A stretch of DNA of 63,390 nt, the filler included, from Reclinomonas americana ATCC 50394 (taxonomy: Eukaryota): assembly GCA_048213135.1 (NCBI GenBank). It is 18 parts of 18 records of this genome, joined end to end, with 100 filler letters (N's around TTAATTAATTAA, not from the genome) between each part and the next. Parts side by side here need not be neighbours in the genome. Positions count along the whole stretch, not along the records: positions 30,556 to 34,925 come from AFZH01021499.1; positions 35,026 to 37,040 come from AFZH01021500.1; positions 37,141 to 45,434 come from AFZH01021501.1; positions 45,535 to 48,348 come from AFZH01021502.1; 14 more parts are not named here. One strand, 5' to 3'. The notes under the pieces were generated by a model. It worked only from the letters and a program-made list of their open reading frames with translations. It was not told the origin of the DNA and ran no database searches. Positions 32,629 to 45,539 of this stretch are shown in pieces. Numbering within the stretch: position 1 is the first letter of the stretch; the number at the start of each line of letters is the position of its first letter. The position numbers and the translations under genes are program-made.

Positions 32629-33379
32629 CTCTCACTCTCTCTCTCTCACACACACTCTCACACACAACACACAACGATTAATTAAACACACAGAAAAGAC
32701 TCTCTCTACACACACACGCCCGTCCGCCCAATCGCTGTGTAACAACAAGTGCGTGTGATGAACTTTTCTCCAACAACTCCACAAAACCGAGCAGCGGCTC
32801 GCACGAAAGAATAATTTCCATTGTCCTTGTTCGGAAACGTAACTCCTGTACACACTGTAGTCCATGCAGTTGGCGGAGGCGCGCACGATGTTGCTGATGA
32901 TGCTGTAGAATGCATCGATGCGAGCTGCGAATGTAGAGGAAAGAGCCAAATTGCAAAAGTCGATATATCGATATCGATGCGCACTGCAAAGATCGCGACA
33001 TCGACCCAGCACACTTGCGAGTTGAGTGTGCCTCTGACCGCTGCAAATTCGTACGATCTGCAGCGTGGCTTCGTCACTCGGAACAATTCTGGGAAATTGC
33101 CGATATATCACTTCCTTGAACATGATCGTGGGTGGGACAGTGATGCCATGGCAAGGAGAAACCTTGCAGGTGTGGGAGCGGCGTCGTCGATGCATACTCT
33201 CGAGGAAGGACTGCAATTCTTCGTAATCAGAAACGCATGTTCGGAAACTGCTTTTCGAGGACGAAATCGTGAATCCTGACTCCTGCTGAGGGCAAGGCCT
33301 CTCGTTCCTTGAAGAGCTTTTCGGTACTTCAACCCAGGTACCAGGATACGCGAATTTGAATGCTGCAGTAGGTTGCGGA

Positions 33380-33505
33380 CGTCGCAGTTCTCGACTTGTA
33401 CAAGGAACACACAAACACGAGGATCCTGCCGCTTGTAGAAGATTGGTGTGTGTGATGACGTTCTGGATGCGGTTGAACTTGGTCATCAGGACAGCTGTTG
33501 GTGAA
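33380..33505 (-). repeat. Dispersed repeat copy C (more diverged), within a 328-codon ORF
   Basis: Homologous to 18690-18826. Confidence 0.8.
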
Positions 33506-34046
33506 TGTTGTTGTTCTCTGTGTTGCAATTGTTGTTTCCCGAATTTTCGAATTCGTTCTCCGAATGCAGCACCGTCCACTCCTACCTCCCGGACCCCACC
33601 CTTCTTCCCCTTCTCCATCTTCTATTCCTATCTCTTGCCACTTCTACCACCCGCTTCACCCTTTCTACATATCACCGATTTCCACCACTCCACCCAGCCA
33701 ACCGATTGAGAGGAGTTTCGTCACACCTCACTTGTTCCGCGCGCGCCTCTTCCCCCCCGCCTCTCTCTCTGCGCGTGTGTGTTCCTGTTTCCCTCTCGGA
33801 GAGCAAGTGTTCCTGTGCGTGTGTGAGAGAGACAAAGAGAGCAGTCGTCTTCTCCCCCGGCAAGATTCGCCGCGCTAATCAAACACCAATACACTCGGGC
33901 GTTTTCGACGAGTTGCGTTTGCCACTTGACTTTTTCCTCCCACACACACACACACACTCTCTCTCTCCACACACTCCTTCCCATCTCTCTGCGTGCGCAC
34001 AAGTCACATGTCCGAATGCTAATCACGAGAGACGTTTTTATTTGCA

Positions 34047-36424
34047 GTGGAGTCGACAGCAACAGCCACCACAACAACAACAGCGAGTGGCACCGCGAGC
34101 CGCGCCTCACTGCTGCAATCGACGATTGTCGTGGTGGAGACATCGCGGACAGTGGACGCGCGGCGAGCGCGCAAAAAGTCATGGGAGCGTTATGATCGCA
34201 AGCTGCGCGACTTGGAGTTTTGGTTCTCCGCCGGTCCCACACGCACCGTCCCCAACGATCATGTGCGCATGCTGTTGGCGTCCCGTGCGCCTTCTGAAGT
34301 TGGGGGAGCGGCGGCGGCGGCGGCGGCTTCGGTGGTGAGGCCGGGGACGCCCGGGGCGGCGTCGATGGTGCCTTCGGTGGTGTCCTCGTCGTCGTCCTCG
34401 TCGTCGGTGAAGAGTGGGGGGAGGTTTGGGTCGCGGGCGCCGTCGGAGCTTGTCACGGCGAGATCGCAGAGGACGGGGTGAGTGGGGGAAGAGGGATAGA
34501 GGGGAAGGAGGGGGGAAGGGGGAAGGGGAGGGAGAGAGGGAAAAGAGAGAGGGAGGTGGGGGAGAGGAGGGAGAGAGAGGGAGGAGGGAGGAGGGAGAGG
34601 GAGAGGGAGAGGGAGAGGGAGAGGGAGAGGGAGAGGGAGAGGGAGAGGGAGAGGGAGAGAACAGACGTGATGAGGTGAAGAAGGAAGGAGAAATTTAAGA
34701 GAATGGAAGACGCGCGAGGAGATCAGGAGTCATGAAGTCATACGATGCGCGCTCTGAGCAAGCGGAAAGGGAGAAGCAAGAGGAGGAGGCAAAACGGAGG
34801 ATTCGAGTAGTAGAGGGCAGCAAGCAGATAGAAGCACTGACACATGCAGCGACGGGCGCTCCGATAGGCTAGAAGAGATGTGATGAGCGAGTGAGACGGA
34901 GTGGGAGTTTTCGCGATGAGCAAGANNNNNNNNNNNNNNNNNNNNNNNNNNNNNNNNNNNNNNNNNNNNTTAATTAATTAANNNNNNNNNNNNNNNNNNN
35001 NNNNNNNNNNNNNNNNNNNNNNNNNTTAGAGAGCAACACCCATGATGGACGCAGACAGAAGTACTGACCCCACGATTGCGTAAGTTAGGAAAGATATCAG
35101 GAGAAGGGAAGAGAGTTGAGATATGAGAGAGAGAAGGAGGGAGTAAGGGTTCAAGAAGAACAAGCCAAAGGCAGTATTCGCTGCGTTAAAGCTCGACAGA
35201 GAGAGAGTCGGCTGCAATTCCGAGAGTGCAGAAGGGATTCCTGGAGAAGACAATGAGGGGAGAGTGGAGTGAGAGATTGAGGTTCAAGAACAACAGGAGT
35301 GGACGTGTCGTGTAGACAGAAGACTGACACGCAACGAAGCCCGCTCCGAGAGGCAGGGAAGATTGTGAGAAGGAGAGTGGAGTGAAATGTTGTGGGAGAG
35401 AGGCTTCAAGAAGAACTGGAGTGGAAGTGTTGTACAGCAGACTGCTCTTGAGCATGCAGATGAAAGAAAAGAGAGTGATTGAGAAGAAGGAGAGAGGGGA
35501 GTGAGAGATTGTGGGGAGAGAATTTCAAAACAACTGGAGTGGAGGCTTCGTGTAGCAGAAGACTCATGCCTGCTCTTGACAAGACAGATGAAGGGAAATG
35601 AGAGTGATTGAGAACAAGGAGAGAGGGGAGTGAGAGACAGAGTGTGAGAGAGGATTCAAGAACAGCTGGAGTGGAGGTGTCGCACTGCACAATATCGACG
35701 CCTGCTCTTGAGCATGTAAACGAGAGTGATTGGGAAGAAGGAGAGAGTGCAGTGAGCCAGAGTGTGAGAGACGATTCAAGACCAGCTGGAGTGGAGGTGT
35801 CGTGCTGACAGAAGACTGATGCGCGCAACGATGAGGGCAGATTGTGAGAAGGGAGTGGAGTGAAAGGTTGTGGGAGAGAGGTTTCAAGAACAGCAGGAGT
35901 GGAGGTGTCGCACTGCACAAGATCGACGCCTGCTCTTGGGCATGCAAACGAGAGCCATTGAGAAGGAGAGAGAGGGGAGCGTGAGACAGAGCGTGAGAGA
36001 AGATTCAAGAACAACTGGAGTGGAGGTGCTGCTCTTGGCAAGACAGATGGAGGGAAAGAGAGTGAGAGTGAGAGACAGGGAGGGCAATTAGGAGTGGGAG
36101 TAACACGAACACGCGGCGCTGCCTGCCCCGAAATGAGAAGAAAGAAATGTGACAGACCACGTCCTCCTTCTCCAGCATACGACCTCCTTCTCCCACACAC
36201 TGACTGATTGCCGCTTTTGCAGAAAACTCACGGCACGCTCCAAGGGCGGGTCGACCACAGTGAGTGCGGCCAAGAATCGCGTGCAACAACTCGAGTCGCT
36301 GCTGGCGGAGGAGGAGCAGAGAAGAAAACATGCAGAGGAGGAGCTGAAGATGACGGAGAAGCAGCTGGATTTCTTGGAGACCCTCGTGGTCACGGTGCCG
36401 ACTTCAAAAGACAACAAGTCGTAG
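34047..36424 (+). CDS. Hypothetical protein with C-terminal coiled coil; exons on either side of a gap, linkage uncertain
   Basis: One exon ends at donor GTGAGT near 34478. A last exon after TTTTGCAG encodes KNRVQQLESLLAEEEQRRKHAEEELK...TAG 36424. Confidence 0.45.
35140..36060. repeat. Degenerate tandem repeat, unit about 110-130 bp, about 8 copies
   Basis: TTCAAGAACA.CTGGAGTGGAGGTGTCG recurs at about 35283, 35405, 35524, 35655, 35775, 35883 and 36005. Confidence 0.85.
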
Positions 36425-37140
36425 TAGCGAGCGCGGATGTGAGGAGGAAGCGTGTTTGTTTGTTGGCGTGTTTTTGTACTATTTTTTACGACGGCCCAGT
36501 TTGTGCTGGTGTGGTTTTGTGTGGCGGGTGTGTGTGTGTGTGTGTAGTGAAGGCCTCCTCCGCGTTGGTTCTTGAGGGGGGAAGTGGGAGAGAAGGAGTT
36601 GCGACAAAGCGACGTTCTAAGGAGAAGGAGCGAGAGGGAGCAAGAGTTTTGGAAGCGAACAACAAGCTCCAGCAGCTGTCTTGATCGCAGCTTCTTCTGC
36701 GTGCGTAAAGACTTGTCTCTTCTCCCACGGCGTCGCTTGAACGGCTCTTTCGTCTCCCAGGCAAACAACAATGAAGTGGCATTTGAAGTCCTCTGCGTCC
36801 TCCACAAACACACACGCATCGCACGATGGCAACGACCAAGGTACGGACTCTCCCTCTCCCCCTCCCTCTCCCTCTCCCTCTTCCCTCTTCCTCTCCCTCT
36901 CCCTCTCACCGTCCCTACCTCTTCCTCTTCCTCTCCCTCTCCCTCTCCCTCTCCCTCTCCCTTCCTCTCACCCTCACCCTCACCCTCTCCCTCTCCTCTC
37001 TTCTCCCTCTCCGCTTCCTGTCCTCTCCCTCTCTCCCTCTNNNNNNNNNNNNNNNNNNNNNNNNNNNNNNNNNNNNNNNNNNNNTTAATTAATTAANNNN
37101 NNNNNNNNNNNNNNNNNNNNNNNNNNNNNNNNNNNNNNNN

Positions 37141-37711
37141 GGCCGTCAAGGCGCGTCGGTGGTCCTGCGCGCCGCGGTCCCGTATCGTCATCTTGCGTCA
37201 TTGTCGTTTTTTTGGAGCCATCTTTCTTCTTCGTTGGTGGTCGTATAAGTGGTAAATGTCTCGATCGATGTATGCCGATGCGTTGCTGTTCGTAGCATTC
37301 TACCCGTGCTTCGTCGGCCTTCAGCATCGAGGTTCCGCGAAGCCAGCGTGGGCCGTGTGTCTCTGGGCAGTGTGCTTGCCACTTATCATCGTCATTGCGA
37401 TACTTGTTTTGCTGGCGTGGCCAGTGGTGGTGCGTGTGACTGCGAATGGGTTCGATAACTTTCAGCGTGGACTGATCGATCACACTCATGCAGCCGTGCT
37501 GTACTCTGATTGTTCGCAAACTGGATGGTGCCCGAAGGACTGTGCCAATCCGAACTGCACCCTTCCACCGAGTGGCAACGTCGACGCAGATGGTCTGTGC
37601 CAGGCCTGTCACGATGCGACACTACAAATGCAAGCGGCGCAAGTGCGGCGGCGGGAGGCAGCAGCGAACGCAGCTCAAGCCGACGCCGATCACTATCAGC
37701 AGCAGCAGTAG
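37141..37711 (+). CDS. Small membrane protein with A20-like C4 zinc finger, tandem paralog 1
   Basis: Hydrophobic segment (PAWAVCLWAVCLPLIIVIAILVLLAWPVV) followed by CANPNC-x13-CQAC. Confidence 0.65.
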
Positions 37712-37797
37712 GTGGCTGCATGAGGCCATCACGTGAAGTGATGAATCTCCGACCACGGAAGTTGCGTCACGTTCTGCACACGTACACTTGTAGAGCA

Positions 37798-38519
37798 ATG
37801 TCGCCAACAGAAGCGATGTGTGTGTGTATACGACAGAGTCATTGCGTGGTCGCGTGTGCACTGGCGACGGCACTGGTGGTCCTGCACGTCAGTCCGCCGA
37901 GTGGTATCGTCTTGCGTCGTTGTCGCCAGTGAGCCATCTTTCTCTGTGTCGTCGTACGAGTCGCTTTTCTAGTGTGCAGTGTGTGTGAAGCAGTGTCGCA
38001 GCGATGTATGGATCGATGTATGTCGATGTTTTGCTATACATGCTTGTCTATCCTTGTTTTATCGGCCCCCAAAGTCGAGGTGGGAAGCCCGCATGGGCCG
38101 TGTGTCTGTGGGCAGTGTGCCTGCCGTTCATCATCGTGATTGCGATACTCGGGTTTCTGGCGTGGCCAGTGGTGGTGCGTAAGTGTCAATTGATTGACAG
38201 ATGTTGGGTTCGAAAACATGATTCGCATGTGCAGGCATGCTGCATTGTGATAGTTCGCAAGCTGAAAGGGTCGGCGCTCTGTCGACCGCGTCGTCATGAT
38301 CAGCATCACACTCCGCGACCGGGATTCTGCACTTCTCCAGGCTGTGCACTCCCGATCGCAAACAGTGGTGACGCTCGCGATAGAGGATTGTGCCCGGTGT
38401 GTTTCGACGAGATGCAGCGAATGCAAGCGAAGCAGGCGCCGACGCAGGAGACAGCGGCAGAAGCAGCACCAACTGACACAGATCTCTATCAGCAGCAGCA
38501 GTCAGTGGCAGAAGTGTAA
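37798..38519 (+). CDS. Tandem paralog 2 (TM + C4 zinc finger)
   Basis: Clearly similar to paralog 1 at DNA and protein level; CTSPGC-x15-CPVC. Confidence 0.65.
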
Positions 38520-38619
38520 TGCTGTATGTTGCAATACAACTGCAGAGTGAATCCGTCCGTCCGCCTCCTTGCGCAGTCCGCAATCAGTGTGTGAGTGTGA
38601 GTGCGACTAGTGACACCTC

Positions 38620-39181
38620 AAGATGCTTTCCGGTGTGCTAGTCTTCGCCATCTTTCCGTTTATCGAGCTTCAGCGAGGCCAGCGAATGCCGAGATGGACC
38701 GTGGTCGTGTGGGTTCTGCTGCTGCCACTGATCATCGTCGTTGTGTTGCTGGCACTGCTGGTGTGGCCAGTAGTGGTGCGTTGTCGTGTAGCTATAGCGT
38801 GTGTGCGCCGTATCTGCGATGTGGTGGTCATGTGTGTGAGTGGTGTGTTCGAAAACTGCGATGATCATTGCATTACAGGCATGCTTCTCGTGTATCCACA
38901 ACAAAATGAAACAGGCGTCGCTGCGTCGGCAGCAGCAGAAGCCTGTCGAGCTGATGTGTGCCACCCCCGGCTGCACGAATGAGCGTCGAGGCCTGCCCGA
39001 CGGGCTTTGCTGGACGTGCTATTGCCTTGCACAACAGCAGGAGCGAGAGGCCGAAGAAGAGCGACAAAAGCTGCAGCAAGCGACACCGGCAACACAGGTG
39101 GAAGTGGCCGACGAGACGAGTGGAGCGCCAACGCTCCCAGACAGCTACAACACGCAGCAGCCAGCGGCACAACAGGTGTGA
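38620..39181 (+). CDS. Tandem paralog 3 (TM + A20-type zinc finger)
   Basis: PRWTVVVWVLLLPLIIVVVLLALLVWPVV, then after an intron CATPGC-x11-CWTC. Confidence 0.65.
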
Positions 39182-39289
39182 TCATTGATCATGAGGCGCG
39201 TTTAATCAAACGCTGACAGTGAAATCCATTGCGCACACATCTGTCCTCCGCGTCCACTCGTCTTGATTGTCGTGCCCAGAGATGTGCAG

Positions 39290-39772
39290 CTCGTCGAGAA
39301 GATGATGCGACTGTCGCAAGTGCTGCTTCTAGATCTCGCCATTTTCCCGTTCATCGAGATACAACGAGGCATGAAACTGCCGAGGTGGACCGTGCTCGTG
39401 TGGATCCTGCTGCTGCCTCTGATCATTGCCGCCGTGTTGGTGGTGTTACTGGTGTGGCCAGTAGTGGTGCGTATAGTACTAGTAGCGTGTATCTGTGTTG
39501 CGATCATGCACAATGGTGAAGTGTGTTCGAAATCATCGACTTATCGATCGCAACACAGATTGGCTGCTCGTGCACTTGACAGAATGAAGCAAGCATCGCT
39601 CCATCGGCAGCAGCACAAGTCCATCGAGCTGACGTGCACCGCCCCCGGCTGCACGAACGAGCGACGAGATGCGCCCGACGGGCTCTGCTGGACGTGCTAC
39701 AACCTGGCGCAGGCAGAGGAGGAGAAGCAGTCATCACAATCGGAAACTGCAGGTATGACAGGCAGATCATGA
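39290..39772 (+). CDS. Tandem paralog 4 (TM + A20-type zinc finger)
   Basis: PRWTVLVWILLLPLIIAAVLVVLLVWPVV and CTAPGC-x11-CWTC. Confidence 0.65.
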   Translation, partial: LVEKMMRLSQVLLLDLAIFPFIEIQRGMKLPRWTVLVWILLLPLIIAAVLVVLLVWPVVVRIVLVACICVAIMHNGEVCSKSSTYRSQHRLAARALDRMKQASLHRQQHKSIELTCTAPGCTNERRDAPDGLCWTCYNLAQAEEEKQSSQSETAGMTGRS

Positions 39773-39863
39773 ATGCTTCCTCATGTGTGACCCCACCACA
39801 CAGTGAAGCCCTCCCTTTCCCCACGCATGACACACGTGAATCATTTCATTTCGTTGTTGCATA

Positions 39864-42800
39864 TTAATTCAGCGACCCACGACACGTCTTGGCACCACAG
39901 AAGCACGGGATCTTCTCGTCCTCCAGCGGGAACTTGTAGTCGTAGGTGATCTCCTCACCCACACTGATATCGCGGTTGGCGTAAATGACGACCTTCTTCT
40001 CCGAGTTGACAGTGATGATCTTGGCGGTGCAGTTCGGCTCACAGGAGTGGTTGATGAAGCGCGCAAAGTTGCCCTTCTTGGTGGCATCGATAATGAGGTC
40101 GTCGGCCAAGCGGAACATGTAACTGCTGTCCATGCCCACTCGCTCGTAGCGCTTTTCGCGCAAGTCCGACACCTGTCGCCGCGCCACATGACTCTCCAGA
40201 ACTCAATTGTGCGCGCACACACACACTTGCTGGCGTACCTTTTGTCGGATAAGTTCTCCCACGTACTCGACGACATAATCGTTGACGGAGATGGGCTCCA
40301 GTGCGAACAGACCCCAAGCGTGAATGTCACTGCGCGCAAACTGCAAGCGCTTCTTTCGTGAACTCAGCGAGTGGAATTTGCTCAGGTCGCTGCGATGCAG
40401 TACAGATGAGCACACACATATTCCTGTCCCTCCCTCAGAGCACCACCACCGACATACCCGCCCGACACATCCAACGTCGCCTCCACATGTCGCGTCAAAA
40501 AGCGACGCGCAATGCGGTTCTGTCGGCCGCTCTTGAGATGTTCGGCGACCGCTGGCTCGTCCGGCATGGCCGCCTGTACCAGTGGATTCGCTTTGCGCCC
40601 GGCCTTGAACAGATTCTTGTGCTTCTGGATGTCGGCGTGTCGCCAGCCTTCGGTGCGCGCACTGCCTGTTTTGTTCATGGAAAGCAGGCGCCGCAACGTC
40701 AGGCGATCCTCGCGTGGCGCAAACACCACCTTGACTGGGTTCGCCTCGCCTGTGATGGGTGAGAGTTGTTGAGCAGCAGTGCGCTACGCAACATGGACAC
40801 GGCACAAAACTGACAGACCCATGGCCAGCAGTCGTCGTCGAGGATCGTCGGCGGACAATGCATCCTCGGGACGGGCTGCCTGCACTGGTGGTGCACTGCT
40901 GGGCAAAGTGACAGGCCGCGGCGGCTCGACCGGCTGGAACACTCCAAGTACACCGGGCATTTCAAAGTCGCCAATCTCCTCGTCGGATACATCGAAGCGT
41001 GGCTGCACGTGTGTGCGTGCGCACATCAGCAACAACACAATCGATATGAGGAGATCACCGGGCATACGCACCTCGAATTGACCATCGGCAGCCAACTTGC
41101 GTCGCTTGGCAGCCTCGGCAGCGTCGCGAGCCTCTGGCGACACAGCAGGCGGTGTTTCCTCCTTGGATCGTTTGCGCTGCAGGCGATTCTGCGTGCGGGC
41201 ATGTGTGTGTGAGAGCAAGAACCACTCTCAGTGACGGGGAGCACACCACCCACCGTCTGCTTGCTCTCTGCGTCGGTGGTGGTGGTGGGGATGCGTGCGC
41301 CTGACGAGTCGAAAGCCTCCATGTCGTCGGGTTGGCGCGCTTCTTCTATCGTACGTGCCTCGTGAGCGCACGTTTCCATCGCGGTGCACATTTTTTTCGT
41401 TTGTTCTCACCTGGGACAGCAGCACTGGCTGCAGCTTTGGCGGTGGCGGCAGCAGCGGCGGTTCCCGCAGGTGGTCTGTGCTTTTGGTCGCGATCATCGC
41501 CGGTAGCCGGCTCGGCTTCCTTGTTTGCCACATCCTGTTGACGGCATCAGTGATTCCATACACGTGCAGACACAGACACATGCAAATTAAACGCCCACAG
41601 ACCAGCGCAACGGGGCGAGCACGTGGCATGCGAATGGTCTTTTGCCAATCAGCCGCCGCCGCCGCCGCAGCCGCTGCTGCTGCCGCTGCGTCGTCGAAGC
41701 GGGCCGTCACTGTTGTCGAGGTCACTGCAGGGGAGGAGGCGCTGGCAGCAGCGGCCGCCGCCATGGCCGCGATGCGAGCACGAGCTGTTTCGGTGGCCTG
41801 CTGCGCAGATGCTCGTCTCTCACGCTGCAGTTGAAACACAACACGTCAGCTCGACGCGAACATACGCATGCATGCAACAGAGGCACGCAACTGCCGAGGC
41901 CACAACGGAATCCAGGTTCGACCACAGCTGCTTGAAGAGGTCACGCGACACATCCTGCACGCCCTTGTCGTGCAAATCCGTCCGCATGAGGCGCATGACT
42001 CGATCCTTGAACTCGGCACTGTCAACGGCCGGACTGTGAAAGGAGAGACACAGGTCAACATTATTGCCATGGTGGAGAGCAGCCGAACAGTTGCGCGACG
42101 CAACGCTGCTGGAGGGGGCGGAGGTGCTTCGATGACATACGGGACGTTCTCGTATTGCATTTCCAGCGATAGCTTGGCGATTCGACCATTGATGTGTACC
42201 ATCTGTCGCTCCGACGTGTATCGCTGCGCTGATTGAATCTTCTCCGGGTCCAGCAACTCCAGAAGCCACTCATCTTTTGTGCGCGTAACCTGCCAGCGCA
42301 CGGAGGAGACATTAGCAACAGGGGCAATCATATCACCTGGTCCTCACAAGCAACTGACCTTGAATGGCTGGAAGAAGGCAAAGTGTGCACGAATCTCCTT
42401 TTCGATCTGCGTGGAGGTGCTGAGCTTCGTCAACTTGAAGTAGTACTTGCGAACCACACGAGTGCCACTGTTTCGAGCACACGCAGTGTCAACATACAGC
42501 AACACGGGCGACAATTGATTGACTGCGACGCACGTTATCAATTGCGGTGGCTGTGGCGGCGGTGGTGGTGGTGGCGGTGGTGGCGGCGCGTGAACAATGC
42601 GAGGTTGTGGTGGAGCACGAGCGTGCGGATGCGGATGGTGCGGATGTTGCAGTGGCTGCGCTGGCTGAACTGTCACTGGCGGGTGAGCCATTGGCATCAC
42701 TCGGTGTGCGGCCTCAGCTGGTACTGCTGCCATCCCAGCAGTCATTGGTGGCGGTGGTGGTGGTGGCCCGAACCCCCCCTCAGCTCCCGCCATGTACATG

Positions 42801-45365
42801 GCCTGCGCCGGTGGCATATGAGGAGGTGCGTGGAAGTGCGGTGCAGAGATTGGCTCCATCGCGGCAACAGCCATTGGCGGTGGTGCTTGCGGAGGAGGAG
42901 GCACTGGTACGCCCATTTCGGCCATGGCGGCCATACGAGCGCGCATGTCCTGATGGTAATTCTCCATTCCAAGCCGAATATACTCGTCCGTGTCGAGAAA
43001 CAGTGAGGTGTACATGATGCCGGGAATGTGTAGCCGGTTGCAGTGTTCGCGGAAGAAGCACCGATTGTGCACAAAATCGAGGCACACCAACTACACGACG
43101 CACAAATCAGCACGGCAGTCAGTGGGCAGATAATCGTGAGCGACATCGTCAACGCACCGAGGTTCCACCCCTGGTGGGAAGAATGACGTTCCGTGGACCC
43201 CACATGATACGACCCGTACGCGGCTCCACCACACGAGCTATCGCCGGGTTGGTGGACGGATGCAGTTCCTCTTCCGTGGGTGGCGGTGGGAGGTACGGAT
43301 ACGGCGCCGCCATCATGGCCGGTGAGGGCTGATGTAGCTGTTCTGGTACCAAGTGCGGATGCGGGTGGGGGTGGGGGTGCGGGTGCGCATGCTGCACCGG
43401 GACGGCGTACTCGACCTGCTGCTGCACCGGTCTCTCTGGAGGCGCCGGTGCAGCCGGCGCAGACAACGGCACAGCCGACACGACTGTGGCCTCGCCGACA
43501 TTGTCAGGCGAGTCCAACTCCATGTCCGAGTGACGCTCCACCTCAGCATCATCGCGGTCATCGACTGCGTCCTCCGCAACGTCGCCCCCGGCCAGCATCT
43601 GCTCGCTCCTCTCCTTCTCCTCCTCTAGCGCCCTCCGATTGCGCTCCTCTTCCTCCTGCACTTGGCGCTCATGCTCGGCCTTTTCTGCAGCCAGTGCTAC
43701 AGCCAGAGGCGGGTACAATAGCCTGACGGGCGATGCAGCGTCCTCGGTCGGCGGCGGTCGTCGGTCGTACACATATTCGGAGTGTGGGAACTGCGTACGG
43801 ACAAGCAGCAGTATGTGAGCGAATGCGACACACAGTGGAGATCGAAAAAAACGAACGCAACTGCCGGGTGATAGCCGTCCACCATGTAGGGCACGACGCG
43901 TGTGAGGAGTGCCGGATTCGACGACCGCACCACCTTCCAGTCACCACCTCGGGTGCGCGGCGCAAAGTGCAGACGCTTGCCCTTGACAGCGGAGCAGGGG
44001 TTGACTTCGACTGTCGGCGGTGGCACGGTCTTCGAGGCACGCGTGCGCCGCACGAACACAGGTGCTCGAGGGACCGCCGATTGCGACGGTCCACTCTCTT
44101 GCGACATTGCGTGCTCCTCAGCGGTAAATTCTTGCGCCGCCGACAGCGCAGCTTCAACCGCCACCGGCGGTGGATGGTACTGCACGAGCGACTGTGTGGA
44201 GAGTGCGGAAGACGTCGAGAGCGGCATTCGCGGTGAGCTCTGCGGAGACGCGTCTTCCATCTCCACGTCATCCGAGTCCGGAATCGCCACCAGCAGTCGT
44301 GGAGCACCGACCGACAAAGGCGGTTGTGCTGCTGCTGTGGCTGGCGGAGGTGGTGGTGGCGGTGGTGGTGGTGGCGACGGGGTGGCAGCTCGGGCGACGT
44401 GCGACACACCCGCCTGCACCGGCGGCAGCTCGATCCACCCGGAAGGTCCAGATTCTGCAGGAGCGGCAGGCGGAGGCGGGGGAGGCGCATAAGCGACACG
44501 AGCGGGTGCGTGTGAGCTGACAGCGGCGATGGGGTGCGTGCGAGAGGTGGCAGTAGCAGTAGCGGGAACCGCAGACTGCAGCGGCGCGGCACGTCTGCAC
44601 GAAACGACAAACAACATCAGCAAGGCGACGACGGCAAAGACGGAAATTTGAAAAAATTGGCAGAAGCGCAGAATACCGTGGTGGCGAGGGTGTGGGCGAT
44701 CGACGTCGCCGCCGATCGCGCCCAGGCGACCGTGAACGCGACCGGGAGCGCGACCGCCGCCACGAGAAGCGACTGCGTCCCTCCTCACGCCGATCGGGCG
44801 AATAGTACGATCGCCGAGAGGCACCATGTCGCCGACCCCCGTCGTCTCCATCGTGCGACCGCCGCCACTCAAACCTCGCCGCCGCCGACGACGATCCCGA
44901 GAGCCGACGCCGACGCTCAGATTCATCTCGTGTCTCGCCCGCCTCACGGTCGCGCCGACGACAGTCATCGTCGACGCGCATGCGGCTCGACGATGACGCA
45001 CTTCTCGGCGACCGCGAACGTGAGCGCGACCGTCGCCCGTCGCGCGGGCGGTGCCGTCGTCTGCGTCGCTCCTCCGAACCCGACGAGATTGCGCCAGAGG
45101 AGGACGAAGAAGGCGAGGAAGACAAGGTCGGCGACCGCTGTCGCCGCCGTCGTCGCCGCGAGGATGACGACGAGGACGAGGAGGGTGAGAGAGAGCGCGA
45201 CTTGGTCGACGAGCGCCCGCCTCCATTCAGTCCCGTGTGAGATGCCGCAGGAGTGTGATTGTGATGATGATGATGATGCGGAGGTGACAAGGGTCGACCG
45301 AATGCAACTGTGGCGGTGCTTCCGACGGCGGCCGCAGAGGCACCGCCAACTGCTCCACTGCTCAT
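39864..45365 (-). CDS. SET1: SET1-type histone H3K4 methyltransferase (RS-rich N-terminus, N-SET, SET, post-SET)
   Basis: GSARTEG (N-SET/Win), [93 protein letters not shown]. Linkage of the N-terminal exons is inferred. Confidence 0.93.
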
Positions 45366-45539
45366 GCGGGGAGGGAACAGGTGCTGCGCGCAGGAGAGAG
45401 GGAGAGAGAGTGCGTGTGCGTGTGCGTGTGTGTGNNNNNNNNNNNNNNNNNNNNNNNNNNNNNNNNNNNNNNNNNNNNTTAATTAATTAANNNNNNNNNN
45501 NNNNNNNNNNNNNNNNNNNNNNNNNNNNNNNNNNAGATA

